DNA of 45,579 nucleotides from Candidatus Fervidifonticultor secundus (GTDB taxonomy: Bacteria > Sysuimicrobiota > Sysuimicrobiia > Sysuimicrobiales > Humicultoraceae): contig JAVKIP010000018.1 of assembly GCA_031459385.1 (NCBI GenBank), positions 1 through 45,579 on the forward strand. Reading direction: 5' to 3'. Position 1 is the first letter of the stretch; every line of letters starts with the position of its first letter. Below, one piece after another: positions 19,367-31,169 of this stretch. Position numbers and translations under genes: made by a program. The notes under the pieces are model-generated. The model was not told the origin of the DNA, ran no database searches, and worked only from the letters and a program-made list of their open reading frames with translations.

Positions 19367-20941
19367 GTGGATCTCTACGAGTCGGAAGTGCGCCTGCTGA
19401 GCGCCTGTCTCCGGGACCGGCACGTCATCGCGCTGGCCGTCACCGAGGGGTTCCACCCCGAGCTGCTGACCTCGCCCCTCGCGCGACGCGTGGCCAAGGT
19501 GCTGCTCGAGTTGCACGCCGCACCCGCCGTGGTCCTGGACGAGCCGGGGCTCCGCGCCCGCCTGGTCGATCGCGGCCTCATGACGGCCGAGATGGAGCGC
19601 TACCTGGTCGGCGTGCTCCAGGCCGCCCCCCTGACGGCCGGGGAAGTGGTGGCGCAGATCGAGGTGCTCAAGGCCCGGGAGAGCCGCGACCTCCTGGCGC
19701 AGGTCCATGAGCTCCTGGGCGCCTACCTGTTCCGCCCGGACGGCCAGCAGGCCGACATCATGCAGGTCACGGCCGAAGCGATCCACCGCCTGCTGGAGAT
19801 CCAGCGGCGCCGGGTGCGCCGGCAGGTCCAGCCCATCGCCGAGGCCTTTGGGCCGCTGCTCAGCGAGGCCGGGCAGCACGCGCAGCCGAGCGGGCAGCTC
19901 GGGTACTCGCTCGCCCCGTTCGACCGTCTGGGCGCGCTCCTCTCGGGCCTCCGCCGTGGCTTCTACTACGGGCTCGCCGGCGCGCCGCGCCGGGGCAAGA
20001 CGAACCTGGCGCTGGAGCTGGCCTGCCACGTCGCGGCCAACCACAAGATCCCCGTCCTGTACTACTCGTGGGAGCAGACGCGGCGGGTGCTGGCGGCGCG
20101 CCTGATCGCCAAGGAGGTCGGCATCAACCCCGCGTCGATCCTGGCCGGGGCGGATGCGCTGGGCCCGGTCGGCCCGCGGGTGCAGCTGGCCAGGGGCGCG
20201 GTGGGGCGGTACGCGCCGTACCTCCACCTGGTGGAGGCCGGACGGAAGGACACGCTGGACCGCATCCGCGCCCACGCCCACAACCTGATGCAGGAGTTCC
20301 AGACCGGCGAGATCGTGCTCTTCTTCGACTACCTCCAGAAGATCCCGCTGGCCGAGCACCTCGAAGACTGGAAGGCGCGCACCGACCGCATCTCGACCGA
20401 GCTGGCCGAGCTGAGCCTGGAGCTCAACTGCCCGGTGTTCGCCATCTCGCCGCTCGACAAGGAAGGCTGCCGGCTCGACGAGCGGCCGGCCGAGGATACC
20501 GACGTGTTCAATCCGTTCAACCGCCCGACGATGCACCACGCCATGGGGAGCGGCGACCTGGAGTACGACCTCGACGTGGCCATGGTGCTGGCCAAGGACT
20601 GGAAGGGCACGGCGGACCTCCATCAGCTCATCGAGGCCCGGGCCAAGGCGGAGGGGTTCGATCCTGCGCTGATGCCCCGGGTGGACATCGTGAACCTCTT
20701 CGTCGACAAGAACCGCGACGCCCCCGAGGCCGAGTCGAACACCGTGCAGTTCGCCTTCTTCGTGACCCTCAACAAGTTCATCGAGCTAGACTACAAGTTC
20801 GAGGACGAGTACCGTCCCGACTACCATGGGTTCGCCAAGCTCCAGGACATCTACACGTACCTGCGCGATCTGGGCTACGGTCCGCCCAGGGAGCCGGCCG
20901 CGGCACAGCACACGAGCGGGAGTGGAGGGAGAAACCGATGA
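19367..20941 (+). CDS. Divergent DnaB-like (SF4) helicase/ATPase
   Basis: H1 GAPRRGKT, H1a YYSWEQ, H2 FFDYLQ, H3 AISPL, H4 GSGDLEYDLD...DKNRD. DnaB-N-like helical N-terminus, GGGAGAGG RBS and GTG start. Confidence 0.85.
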   Translation: MDLYESEVRLLSACLRDRHVIALAVTEGFHPELLTSPLARRVAKVLLELHAAPAVVLDEPGLRARLVDRGLMTAEMERYLVGVLQAAPLTAGEVVAQIEVLKARESRDLLAQVHELLGAYLFRPDGQQADIMQVTAEAIHRLLEIQRRRVRRQVQPIAEAFGPLLSEAGQHAQPSGQLGYSLAPFDRLGALLSGLRRGFYYGLAGAPRRGKTNLALELACHVAANHKIPVLYYSWEQTRRVLAARLIAKEVGINPASILAGADALGPVGPRVQLARGAVGRYAPYLHLVEAGRKDTLDRIRAHAHNLMQEFQTGEIVLFFDYLQKIPLAEHLEDWKARTDRISTELAELSLELNCPVFAISPLDKEGCRLDERPAEDTDVFNPFNRPTMHHAMGSGDLEYDLDVAMVLAKDWKGTADLHQLIEARAKAEGFDPALMPRVDIVNLFVDKNRDAPEAESNTVQFAFFVTLNKFIELDYKFEDEYRPDYHGFAKLQDIYTYLRDLGYGPPREPAAAQHTSGSGGRNR

Positions 20942-21261
20942 TCGTCGACAGGCACGCCCCCATCTATCCGATCCGGACGGTGGCGCACCTGACGGGCGTC
21001 AACCCGCGCCGGATCCGCGCATGGGAGGATCAGTACAACCTGCTGTCTCCGGCGCGCACCGCGGGGGGGCACCGGCTCTACAGCGAGGAAGACGTAGAGC
21101 GCATCCGCTGGGTCAAAGCCCTGGTGGATCGGGGCATTAGTCTGAAGGGGATCCAGCGCCTGGTCGAGCAGGGCGGCGGGAGCCCCGCAGCCAGCGCGCC
21201 GCCGGTGGAGCCCGCCAAGCCCGTGGAGGTGGTGGCCGAGAGGCGCGGTGGCGGCCGATGA
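20938..21261 (+). CDS. Small MerR-family HTH regulator with no effector domain
   Basis: YPIRTVAHLTGVNPRRIRAWE...P.RTAGGHRLYSEEDV. ATGA overlap with the helicase gene. Confidence 0.9.
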   Translation: MIVDRHAPIYPIRTVAHLTGVNPRRIRAWEDQYNLLSPARTAGGHRLYSEEDVERIRWVKALVDRGISLKGIQRLVEQGGGSPAASAPPVEPAKPVEVVAERRGGGR

Positions 21262-21486
21262 AGGTGCAGCTCGATCGCGAGCAGGTGGTGGTGTTCACGC
21301 CGTTTCACCGCATCGAGGGAGACCTGCACCTGCCGTCGACGGCGCGGCTGTCCGACCGGCTGAACGCGGCCAAGGACTTCCTGCCCATCACGTCGGCGCG
21401 GCTCTTCTCGCTGGACGGTCGGCTGCTGTACGAGACCGAGGTCGTGCTGGTCAACAAGGCCCACGTCGTCATGATGATGGAGCGCC

Positions 21487-21500
<14 letters not shown>
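21258..21500 (+). CDS. Small conserved hypothetical protein (DUF6812-like)
   Basis: 80 aa, T..HRIEGDLHL...RLSD.LN...FLPIT.A...VNK.HV pattern. Overlaps both neighbours. Confidence 0.7.
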
Positions 21501-23196
<1,696 letters not shown>

Positions 23197-23224
23197 ACGG
23201 CCCGCAGCGTCCCGGGAGGCGATC

Positions 23225-24421
23225 ATGCACATCGACGATCTGCTGCGCGAGGTCGTGGCGGCACAGGCCTCGGATTTGCACCTCACGTCGGGGATCAAGC
23301 CGACCATGCGGGTCTGGGGACGGCTGATGCCCATGGAGCAGTACGAGGTGCTCACGCCAGAAGACACCTTCCAGCTTGGGTACAGCATGCTCAACACGTT
23401 CCAGAAGCAGAAGTTCGAGAAGTTCTGGGAGCTGGACCTGTCTTACGGGGTGCCGGGGCTGGGGCGGTTCCGCGTGAACATCTACCGGCAGCGGGGCGCG
23501 GTGGGCATCGCTGTCCGCGTCATTCCCATGTCCATCCCCACCATCGAGGCCCTGAACCTGCCGACGATCCTCAAGGAACTGTGCCGCAAGCCGCGGGGGC
23601 TGGTGCTGGTCACGGGGCCGACCGGCCACGGGAAGTCCACGACGCTGGCCTCGATGATCAACTTCATCAACAATGAGCGCTCCGCGCACATCGTGACCGT
23701 GGAGGACCCCATCGAGTACCTGCACCAGCACAAGAAGAGCATCGTCAACCAGCGGGAGCTTGGGTTCGACACCCAGTCGTTCCCCAACGCCCTGCGGGCG
23801 GTCCTGCGGGAAGACCCCAACGTGGTGCTCATCGGCGAGATGCGCGACCTCGAGACGATCAGCGCGGCGCTGACCATCGCCGAGACGGGGCACCTGGTCT
23901 TCGCGACCCTGCATACGGCCAACGCCGCCCAGTCCATCGACCGCATCATCGACGTCTTCCCGCCCTACCAGCAGCAGCAGATTCGCATCCAGCTGTCCAT
24001 GGTACTGGAGGCCGTCATCAGCCAGCAGCTGCTGCCGAACCTGCGCTACCGCGGGCGGGCCGATGCCGGCGACGGCGAGGCGCGGCCCTCGATCCGGTCG
24101 CGGCTGGGCAGCGCCGGCACCCAGACCTGGCCCAGCCTGGAGGAGATCGGCCGGGTGCCGGCGGTCGAGGTGATGATGGCCACGCCGGCGATCCGCAACC
24201 TCATCCGCGAGGCCAAGACCCACCAGATCGAGACCGCGATCCAGACCGGCTCGCAGTACGGCATGCAGACCATGGACCAGTCGCTGCGCGACCTGTACCT
24301 GAACAAGATGGTCTCGCTGGACGACGCGCTGGCCCGCGCCATCCACCCCGAGGAGCTGCGCAAGATGATTCGCGAGGCCGGCGGCGAGGTCGAGCCCGCC
24401 GCCCGGCCCGCGAGGAGGTAG
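23225..24421 (+). CDS. pilT: Type IV pilus retraction ATPase PilT
   Basis: ASDLHL, RFRVN, GPTGHGKS, EDPIE, LREDP, TLH and AIRNLIRE motifs. Confidence 0.95.
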   Translation: MHIDDLLREVVAAQASDLHLTSGIKPTMRVWGRLMPMEQYEVLTPEDTFQLGYSMLNTFQKQKFEKFWELDLSYGVPGLGRFRVNIYRQRGAVGIAVRVIPMSIPTIEALNLPTILKELCRKPRGLVLVTGPTGHGKSTTLASMINFINNERSAHIVTVEDPIEYLHQHKKSIVNQRELGFDTQSFPNALRAVLREDPNVVLIGEMRDLETISAALTIAETGHLVFATLHTANAAQSIDRIIDVFPPYQQQQIRIQLSMVLEAVISQQLLPNLRYRGRADAGDGEARPSIRSRLGSAGTQTWPSLEEIGRVPAVEVMMATPAIRNLIREAKTHQIETAIQTGSQYGMQTMDQSLRDLYLNKMVSLDDALARAIHPEELRKMIREAGGEVEPAARPARR

Positions 24422-24424
24422 GGC

Positions 24425-25648
24425 ATGGCTGTCTTCCGGTACAGCGCCAAGGACAACACCGGGCGCCTGATCACCGGCGTCATCGAGGCCGACAACGACG
24501 CCGTGGTGATCGACCGCCTGCGCGACATGGGCTTCTTCATCACCAACCTGGAGCGCACGGTCGAGCGGCGCGACCTGCTGGAGTCGCTGCAGAGCCTGTT
24601 CGGTATCGGGCTCAAAGACCTGGCGATCTTCTCGCGCCAGTTCTCCACCATGGTGAACTCGGGGCTGTCGCTGGTCCGGACGCTCTCGATCCTCGAGCAG
24701 CAGACCACCAACAAGCGCCTGCGCCAGATCATCACCCAGGTCCGGCAGGACGTGGAGGCCGGGCGGCCGCTCTCGGATGCGTTGGGTCGCCACCCGCAGG
24801 CGTTCTCGTCGCTCTACGTCAACATGGTGAAGGCCGGCGAGACCGGCGGCGTGCTCGACGAGGTGCTCGAGCGCCTGGCCAACTACCTCGAGAAAGAGCA
24901 GGCGCTGCGCAGCAAGATCCGCTCGGCGATGGTCTACCCGGCCCTGCTGACCGTGGCGGCCCTGGGCGGCCTATTCTTCATGACCATCGTGATCCTGCCC
25001 CAGTTCGAGACGCTGTTCCGGGAACTGGGCGGGTCCGGCGCCCTGCCCCTGCCGACCCAGATCGCCATGGGCGTCAGCTACGTGCTCCGGCGGTTCTGGT
25101 ACGTCTTCTTCGCGGGGCTGGCGGCTATGGTCTACGTCCTGCGCCGGTACCTGAAGACGCCGTCGGGGCGCGCGCGCTACGACCGCCTCAAGCTCAAGGC
25201 GCCGGTGCTGGGTGAGCTGAACCGGAAGATCGTCATCGCTCGCTTCACGCGCACCCTGGGCACGCTGATCGCCAGCGGCGTGCCCATCATGCAGTCGCTG
25301 GAAGTCGTGGCCAAGGCCATCGACAACGTCGTCATCGGCGAGGCCGTGGACGCCGTCCGGTCCAGCATCCGCGAGGGCCAGTCCATCGCCATCCCCCTGC
25401 AGTTCTCGGGGATCTTCCCGCCCATGGTGGTGCAGATGACCCGCGTGGGCGAGGAGACTGGCGCCCTGGAGCAGATGCTGCAGAAGGTGGCGGACTTCTA
25501 CGACGTTGAAGTCGAGGCCACCGTCCAGAGCCTGACCTCGCTGCTGGAGCCGATTCTCATCATCTTCATGGGCGTCGTGGTCGGAGCCATGGTGATCTCG
25601 CTCTACCTGCCCATCTTCAACCTGGCGACCGGCGGGGGGATCAAGTAG
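24425..25648 (+). CDS. pilC: Type IV pilus platform protein PilC (GspF family)
   Basis: FSRQFSTMVNSGL, AGETGG.L, SAMVYP, VGEETG.L and SLLEP motifs. Confidence 0.95.
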   Translation: MAVFRYSAKDNTGRLITGVIEADNDAVVIDRLRDMGFFITNLERTVERRDLLESLQSLFGIGLKDLAIFSRQFSTMVNSGLSLVRTLSILEQQTTNKRLRQIITQVRQDVEAGRPLSDALGRHPQAFSSLYVNMVKAGETGGVLDEVLERLANYLEKEQALRSKIRSAMVYPALLTVAALGGLFFMTIVILPQFETLFRELGGSGALPLPTQIAMGVSYVLRRFWYVFFAGLAAMVYVLRRYLKTPSGRARYDRLKLKAPVLGELNRKIVIARFTRTLGTLIASGVPIMQSLEVVAKAIDNVVIGEAVDAVRSSIREGQSIAIPLQFSGIFPPMVVQMTRVGEETGALEQMLQKVADFYDVEVEATVQSLTSLLEPILIIFMGVVVGAMVISLYLPIFNLATGGGIK

Positions 25649-25749
25649 GGGCCGGCCAAGCCGTCTGGGAGGGCGTGCGGGTTGCCCTTCGAACAGGGAG
25701 GCCTCCCCCCCATCCGGGGCAGCCAGATGTCCCCCATCCGCGACGGCAA

Positions 25750-25775
25750 GTCTACGTTGTCCGGCAGTTGGGTAG
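25750..25775 (+). promoter_or_regulatory. Putative SigB/F-type promoter (copy 6) upstream of the pilin gene
   Basis: GTCT(25750-25753)-N16-GGGTAG(25770-25775). Confidence 0.62.
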
Positions 25776-25886
25776 TGAACAGGATGGTGCGACTTGCGGG
25801 CGCGGGGGAGGTGGTGAGGGCCGGGACCGGTGAGCGTACTGCGAACTGCTGGGCTGGTCACTTTCGAACGAAGGAGGTCGGGTATC

Positions 25887-26297
25887 TTGCTTAACTTCTT
25901 CCTCACGCACAAGCGGCGCGCCGGCCAGGGAGGGTTCACCCTCATCGAGCTGGTCGTCGTGCTGGCCATCCTGGGCATCCTGCTGGCGCTGGCGGTGCCC
26001 CGGTACCTGGGCGCCCGGAAGCGGGCGTACAAGGCCGAGGCGCAGAACCTGCTGCAGGAATTGAAGACGCTGTCATGGGCGTACTACCAGGAGTTCAATG
26101 TGTTTAGGACGGATCTGTCGGCGCTCGGGTTCGTGATGCCCAATGGGGCGAGCTGGGATCCTCCGACCGGCGCGGGCGATAATACACAGACCGTGACGTG
26201 GACCCTCACGGGTTCCTCAGGCACCCCTGTTGCGGGGAACACGTGCTCCCTGATCCTGGCGGGCACCGGGAGCTCCTCGCAGGGCTGCAACTTCTAG
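25887..26297 (+). CDS. Type IV pilin (probable major pilin)
   Basis: AAGGAGGT RBS and TTG start, class III signal peptide G|FTLIELVVVLAILGILLALAVP, C-terminal Cys pair. Confidence 0.92.
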   Translation: MLNFFLTHKRRAGQGGFTLIELVVVLAILGILLALAVPRYLGARKRAYKAEAQNLLQELKTLSWAYYQEFNVFRTDLSALGFVMPNGASWDPPTGAGDNTQTVTWTLTGSSGTPVAGNTCSLILAGTGSSSQGCNF

Positions 26298-26415
26298 CGG
26301 CGGGGTCTGCGCACACAGCGTGGGGAGCGGTTCGTGAGTGGCCGCTCCCCGGCTGTGCTGTTCTGTGCGGGCCTATCGAAACCAACCACAAGGCGCGGCC
26401 TCGCTGACCTTCCAG

Positions 26416-28005
26416 ATGAACGGCGGGGAGTCGCAGACGGCGCACTTTCTGGGACGTCGCGAATCCCCTCCAGATACCGACGTGCAGGGCGGCCGACTCG
26501 ATGGAGGCGCGAGCCGGTTTGGTCTTTTGCTGATACTGGTTCTGGCCTTGGCGTTGCGCTTGTGGGATATCTGGCGGACGAGCATCTGGTTCGACGAGGC
26601 GTACAGTCTGTTTCTAGCCAAGCAGGGACTGGCGGAAATCCTTCGGCGGCTGCGGGTGGAGGACATGCACCCCCCACTGTACTACGTTATCCTTGGCCTC
26701 TGGATCAGGCTCTTCGGAACCTCGGAGCTCGCGATTCGGCTGCCCTCTGCGGTGATGGGCGTACTGCTCGTCGGACTTACCTACGCACTGGCTCGTTGCG
26801 TGGCTGACGAGCGTATTGCCCTGACAGGCGCCGCGCTAGTGGCGTTGTCGCCCTTTCAACTGATGGCCTCGCGTGACGCGCGCATGTACCCGTTTCTGGC
26901 GGTATTTGCACTGGCGGCCTCATACGCCCTCTGGCGGGCCGTCGAAACACAGCAAGGGCGCTATTGGGCCGCCTATGTGGGCGCAGTGGTCGCGGCGGTG
27001 TACACGCACCATTTTGCGTTTCTCGTGCTCTTGGCCCATGCGGCTTTTGTCCTGGCCTGCGCCCGCCACCGCATGCGGCCATGGCTTGGTGCCGGACTCG
27101 TTGCGGGAACCGCGTACCTGCCGTTTCTGCCTATTCTGTGGACGCAGCTGCACCACCAGCGGTCCTGGCCGATCACCAGACCGGTGTTCGGGTCCTCCGC
27201 GCTGGCGGATCTAACGGGCCTGCTGGCCTTCGGTGGTGAACTGCTCGGGATGGGCACCTACCACACGCGGAGTCGCCTGCCTCTGCTGTGGAAGCTGTCC
27301 TTGGTGCTGCCGTTTCTGATGCTGGTCGTGCTGGGTAGCGCGAGTGTCTCCGGGCAGGCGAGGCTCTTTCTGGCGTCGTATCTGGCGCTCCCTGTTGCCG
27401 TGGCGGGCCTCGTCTCGCTACACATGAACGTCTTCTACGACCGCTATTTCTCTTTTCTCGTACCGCCGTACGCGATCCTGACCGCGGCGGGTTTGTGGGG
27501 GCTGGGCCGTGGTGCCCCGCGCGTGCGACAGGCGGTCCTGGCGGCGGGGGGCGCGGCGCTGGTGTTTGTCTACAGCCTGCCGGCGCTCGGCACCGTTTAC
27601 TACGGGCCGTCACCGTACGACTGGCGTGGCGCGGCGGCCTACGTCGAGAAACGGGTTCGGCCGGACGACTTGATCCTGTACATTCCCGCGTTTGCGCACA
27701 TGCCCTTCGACTACTATTTCTCCGGACCGCAGGTGAGAGCCCAACTCAATCCGCGTGAGCTGCTGGCAAAGGAAGTCAAGCCAAGTGCGGAACTGCTGGT
27801 GAAACAGCGGGAACTCCGTGCGCTGGCTGAGCAGCATCCACGGATGTGGGTTGTGGCGACGCTGCCGCTTGGGAGCGAGGCGCGGCTGCGGTTCTTGGAT
27901 CTGGTCAGACCGTACTTCGTGGAACGGGAGGGCAGAGACTTCCACTGGGTGTACGTGTTCCTCTGGGAGTCGAAGGTGTATCAGCCGCGGGGGAGCCGCC
28001 GGTAG
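26416..28005 (+). CDS. GT-C membrane glycosyltransferase (GT39/PMT/ArnT-like)
   Basis: SIWFDEAYS, HPPLYY, RLPS and ARMYP motifs, many TMs. Start uncertain (26338 is an alternative). Confidence 0.85.
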   Translation: MNGGESQTAHFLGRRESPPDTDVQGGRLDGGASRFGLLLILVLALALRLWDIWRTSIWFDEAYSLFLAKQGLAEILRRLRVEDMHPPLYYVILGLWIRLFGTSELAIRLPSAVMGVLLVGLTYALARCVADERIALTGAALVALSPFQLMASRDARMYPFLAVFALAASYALWRAVETQQGRYWAAYVGAVVAAVYTHHFAFLVLLAHAAFVLACARHRMRPWLGAGLVAGTAYLPFLPILWTQLHHQRSWPITRPVFGSSALADLTGLLAFGGELLGMGTYHTRSRLPLLWKLSLVLPFLMLVVLGSASVSGQARLFLASYLALPVAVAGLVSLHMNVFYDRYFSFLVPPYAILTAAGLWGLGRGAPRVRQAVLAAGGAALVFVYSLPALGTVYYGPSPYDWRGAAAYVEKRVRPDDLILYIPAFAHMPFDYYFSGPQVRAQLNPRELLAKEVKPSAELLVKQRELRALAEQHPRMWVVATLPLGSEARLRFLDLVRPYFVEREGRDFHWVYVFLWESKVYQPRGSRR

Positions 28006-28026
28006 GGTGCCGGGTGGTTGCGAGCG

Positions 28027-29781
28027 ATGAGCCTAAGCGCATCTACTTCTGGCAGTGGCCCCAAGCGTGCTGTCGGCCTGGCGCTGTGGGCGTGTGTCGC
28101 GCTGTATGTGGCTACGGCTGCGGTGGTGGGTCGACACCACGAGTTCTGGTCGCCTGATTCGGCGGTACGGTTCGTACAGGCGGAGAGCTTGCGGCGTGCT
28201 GGGTATCGGGACGTCGCCGTGCCTTACCCCGCAGCGGGCCTGGATCCAGACGGCCGCTTTTTCCCGGCGGGCCCATGGTTTCACTTCATGCGGGACGGCC
28301 GGCACTACTTCTCATATCCGCCGTATTTTCCGGCACTGGCGGGCCTGCTCTACGGCGGGCTGGGCTACCCGGGACTGCTCGTCATCCCGCTCGCAGCCGG
28401 CGTGGCGACCCTGCTGATCACCGCATGGTTCCTGGGCCTCGTCGCGCCCAGGCTTGCCGCAGTGGGGGTCGTCGCGGTGGGGCTCGGCACCCCATTGCTC
28501 GTCTACAGTGTGGTCTTCTGGGATCACAGCCTGGTGGCAGCGCTCGGCTCGGGGGCGCTGGCCGCGACGGCCTTGGCGCTCCGCGACGATGCCCGGTCCG
28601 CCGGCCGGCCGCTGGCTTTCGCGGGAGCGCTGCTCGGCGCGGGACTGTGGTTCCGAAACGAGATGTACGTGCTGCTTGTCGCGATCGGAGCGGGTTGGCT
28701 GTTGTGGGGCGGCGCAGCGCGCGTAAGGGGTGCGGCCGTGCTGGGAACGGCTGCGGGGCTCGTCGCGTTACCCGCACTCGTGCTGAACGTATATCTGTTT
28801 GGCGGCCCACTGGGATGGAAGGGTAGGGACCTGACGACCGGACGCCTGCAGGGCATGGCGGAAGCCGCTGGTGGTGTGCAGACCATCGGATGGCTGGCGG
28901 ACAAACTCGGCAATGCCTACTATCAACTCGTCTCGCCGGACTTTTACGCGTACAATCCGCGGGCTGTTGCCGTCGGCCTGGCGATTGCGACGGCCCTGCT
29001 GGCGGGAGTCGTATTGCTCAACCTGGGCCGGCGTCGGCGGTCAGCACGCTGGCTGGTGGCGGGCGGCGCGACCGTGGCGGCTCTGGTGATACTGACCGTG
29101 TCGGGTCGTCCCGCCGTGTCGGGACTCCTGATTTCGGCTCCGGTGGTCCTCTTGAGCCTGCTGGGTGGGCAACGCGCGCGTTGGGAACGGTACCTGTGGA
29201 CGGTCGTGGTAGTTTTTGCTGGCGCCGTAGTGGTGACCGGCACGCACGGAGGGTTGCAATGGGGGCCACGCTATCTCCTGCCGATTGTTCCCGCGCTGGT
29301 GTGGCTGGCCGCAGCAGCCACCGAGCGGACCAGACAGGCTGTGCCAGGACTCTGGCCGCCGCTGGGCGTTGCAGTGTGTCTGGTACTGGGAGCCAGCGTG
29401 CTCGTGCAGGTTGCGGGGGTCGAGCATGTGGATGCGTCGCTGTCGCGCAACGTACGGGTGAACGCAGCCCTGCGGGCAGCACCGGCCGAGATCGTCGTAA
29501 CGGGACTGGAGTGGCTGGTACTCGGTGCTGGCCCCGTGTACTTTGAGAAACGTTTGCTGTTCGTTCAACATCCAGAACTGTTTCGTCTCCTCGTTCGTCG
29601 CTTCGTAGACCGACGTGTGGAACAGTGGACATATGTCCCCTGGTCCGGATCGGCGTACGGCGCGGGAACGGTGCAAGCCTGGACGGCGACGGCCGCCTGG
29701 CGCTTCTCCGTGATTGATGACCGAGAAGTGAACGGCATACGCTTAGTGACATATCACGGAACGTCAGGGGCTCCACAGTGA
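28027..29781 (+). CDS. Multi-pass membrane protein, putative GT-C glycosyltransferase
   Basis: FWSPD loop after TM1, YSVVFWDH, FRNE and QWGPRYLLP motifs, more than 10 TMs. Confidence 0.7.
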   Translation: MSLSASTSGSGPKRAVGLALWACVALYVATAAVVGRHHEFWSPDSAVRFVQAESLRRAGYRDVAVPYPAAGLDPDGRFFPAGPWFHFMRDGRHYFSYPPYFPALAGLLYGGLGYPGLLVIPLAAGVATLLITAWFLGLVAPRLAAVGVVAVGLGTPLLVYSVVFWDHSLVAALGSGALAATALALRDDARSAGRPLAFAGALLGAGLWFRNEMYVLLVAIGAGWLLWGGAARVRGAAVLGTAAGLVALPALVLNVYLFGGPLGWKGRDLTTGRLQGMAEAAGGVQTIGWLADKLGNAYYQLVSPDFYAYNPRAVAVGLAIATALLAGVVLLNLGRRRRSARWLVAGGATVAALVILTVSGRPAVSGLLISAPVVLLSLLGGQRARWERYLWTVVVVFAGAVVVTGTHGGLQWGPRYLLPIVPALVWLAAAATERTRQAVPGLWPPLGVAVCLVLGASVLVQVAGVEHVDASLSRNVRVNAALRAAPAEIVVTGLEWLVLGAGPVYFEKRLLFVQHPELFRLLVRRFVDRRVEQWTYVPWSGSAYGAGTVQAWTATAAWRFSVIDDREVNGIRLVTYHGTSGAPQ

Positions 29782-31169
29782 CCGTCATTGCGGCCATCCT
29801 GTATGCACTGAGAGACAGGCTGCCGATGACTGCGGGCGGGCGGGGCCAGGCCGTCGGTGAGCCCCACAACTGGCAGAGGGACGGAGTGCAGGTAGTGAGT
29901 TACTGGGTGGGATCTCTGGTACCAATGGCGATGGCGCTGATTGGCGTGGCCGTATTCACGCGTCTCGTTGATGTGGAGGACTACGGTCGGTTCATGCTTG
30001 TGACCGCAGCCACTGGTATCGTGATTACGGTGTTAGCGGGGTGGGGCGAGTACGCTGTCCTCCGTATGGTTCCTGAGGTCGATCGGGCTGCCGATCGCGC
30101 GGCGGTCATCTGCGCCGTCCTGCAAGCGGTGCTGCGCCCGGCCATGATCGCTGCGGGAGGCGTGGCGGTACTGGGATTGGTCGCGATTTGGGCCGCCTGG
30201 CTCCCCGGCGTATTTCGGGCGTACCTGCTCCCTGCGGTCTGTCTGCTCGTGGTCCGTCCCGCCTTCCAGATTCTCCGCGCAGTGTACCAGGCAAGCGGTG
30301 ACGCTCCGAGGTACGCAGCCTATGAAGTGATTCAGGCGGTGCTGGCAGTGGCACTGGGAGCCCTGCTGGTGTGGTTGCTGAGGCTGGGCATGGCCGGCCG
30401 ATTGTGGGCGGAAGTCACGGTGCTCGGCGCGCTGAGCTTTGCGGCTGCCCGGTCGTCGTGGAGCGGCGGAAACACGGCGGCGCCGCGGGGCGAGGGCAGG
30501 GAAGAAGAGGAAACGGTCCGCCGTGCGCTCCGCGTGGGTCTGCCGGTTGTGGCGTGGTTTGCGAGCCTCAGTCTCCTGACCGGCCTGGAGCGAGGTATCC
30601 TGCGAGTGCTCGCCGGAGATGGCGCGGTGGGCTCCTACGGAGCGATCTACGGCTTGGTCGAGCGGACCAGCACGGTGACCTTCGGCCCGCTGCTCATGGT
30701 GTCGTTTCCCCGTATTGTGAAGGCGTTTGTTAGTCACGGGAGTGCCGCAGCGGGTAAGGTATTGGGTCATGCTGTGGCTGTGTTTGGCGCTGTGGCTTTC
30801 GTGTACGTGGCGTTGGGGGTGGCGTTTGGGGGGATGGCTGTTCGCATCATCGTGCCCGACAGCTACCTGGGTGGTCTGGGAGTTATTCCCTGGCTGCTAG
30901 TGGCTTTCGTAATCTGGCACTTTGCGATGTACGCTCACAAGGGTTTGGAACTCGGAGAAAGGATGTGGACGATGTTGGGTGCGATAGCGGTGGCCGTTTG
31001 TGTGTCCGTGCTAGGGTGCGTGCTCCTGGTGCCCCGGTTCGGGATCGTGGGGGTTGGTATCGCCAGGGTGCTTGCGTCGCTGGCGTATCTGGCGGTGGTC
31101 TGGCGCCCGTCACAGGCGATCGCCCCCTGGGTCTTCAAGGCCGTGCCGTCGGGCGGGCGGTTGGGCTAG
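29778..31169 (+). CDS. Wzx-like oligosaccharide flippase
   Basis: FTRL...DYG, VGSYGA.Y and LVPRFGIVG motifs, about 12 TMs. Start may lie further downstream. Confidence 0.82.
   Translation: MTVIAAILYALRDRLPMTAGGRGQAVGEPHNWQRDGVQVVSYWVGSLVPMAMALIGVAVFTRLVDVEDYGRFMLVTAATGIVITVLAGWGEYAVLRMVPEVDRAADRAAVICAVLQAVLRPAMIAAGGVAVLGLVAIWAAWLPGVFRAYLLPAVCLLVVRPAFQILRAVYQASGDAPRYAAYEVIQAVLAVALGALLVWLLRLGMAGRLWAEVTVLGALSFAAARSSWSGGNTAAPRGEGREEEETVRRALRVGLPVVAWFASLSLLTGLERGILRVLAGDGAVGSYGAIYGLVERTSTVTFGPLLMVSFPRIVKAFVSHGSAAAGKVLGHAVAVFGAVAFVYVALGVAFGGMAVRIIVPDSYLGGLGVIPWLLVAFVIWHFAMYAHKGLELGERMWTMLGAIAVAVCVSVLGCVLLVPRFGIVGVGIARVLASLAYLAVVWRPSQAIAPWVFKAVPSGGRLG

Noticed and set aside
19367..20941. Prophage or plasmid replication module
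   Set aside because: No integrase, primase, Rep or structural genes. Codon style is host-like and the gene is coupled to pil genes.
24035..24150. Intein in PilT1
   Set aside because: Far too short, and it lacks the Cys/Ser start and His-Asn end.
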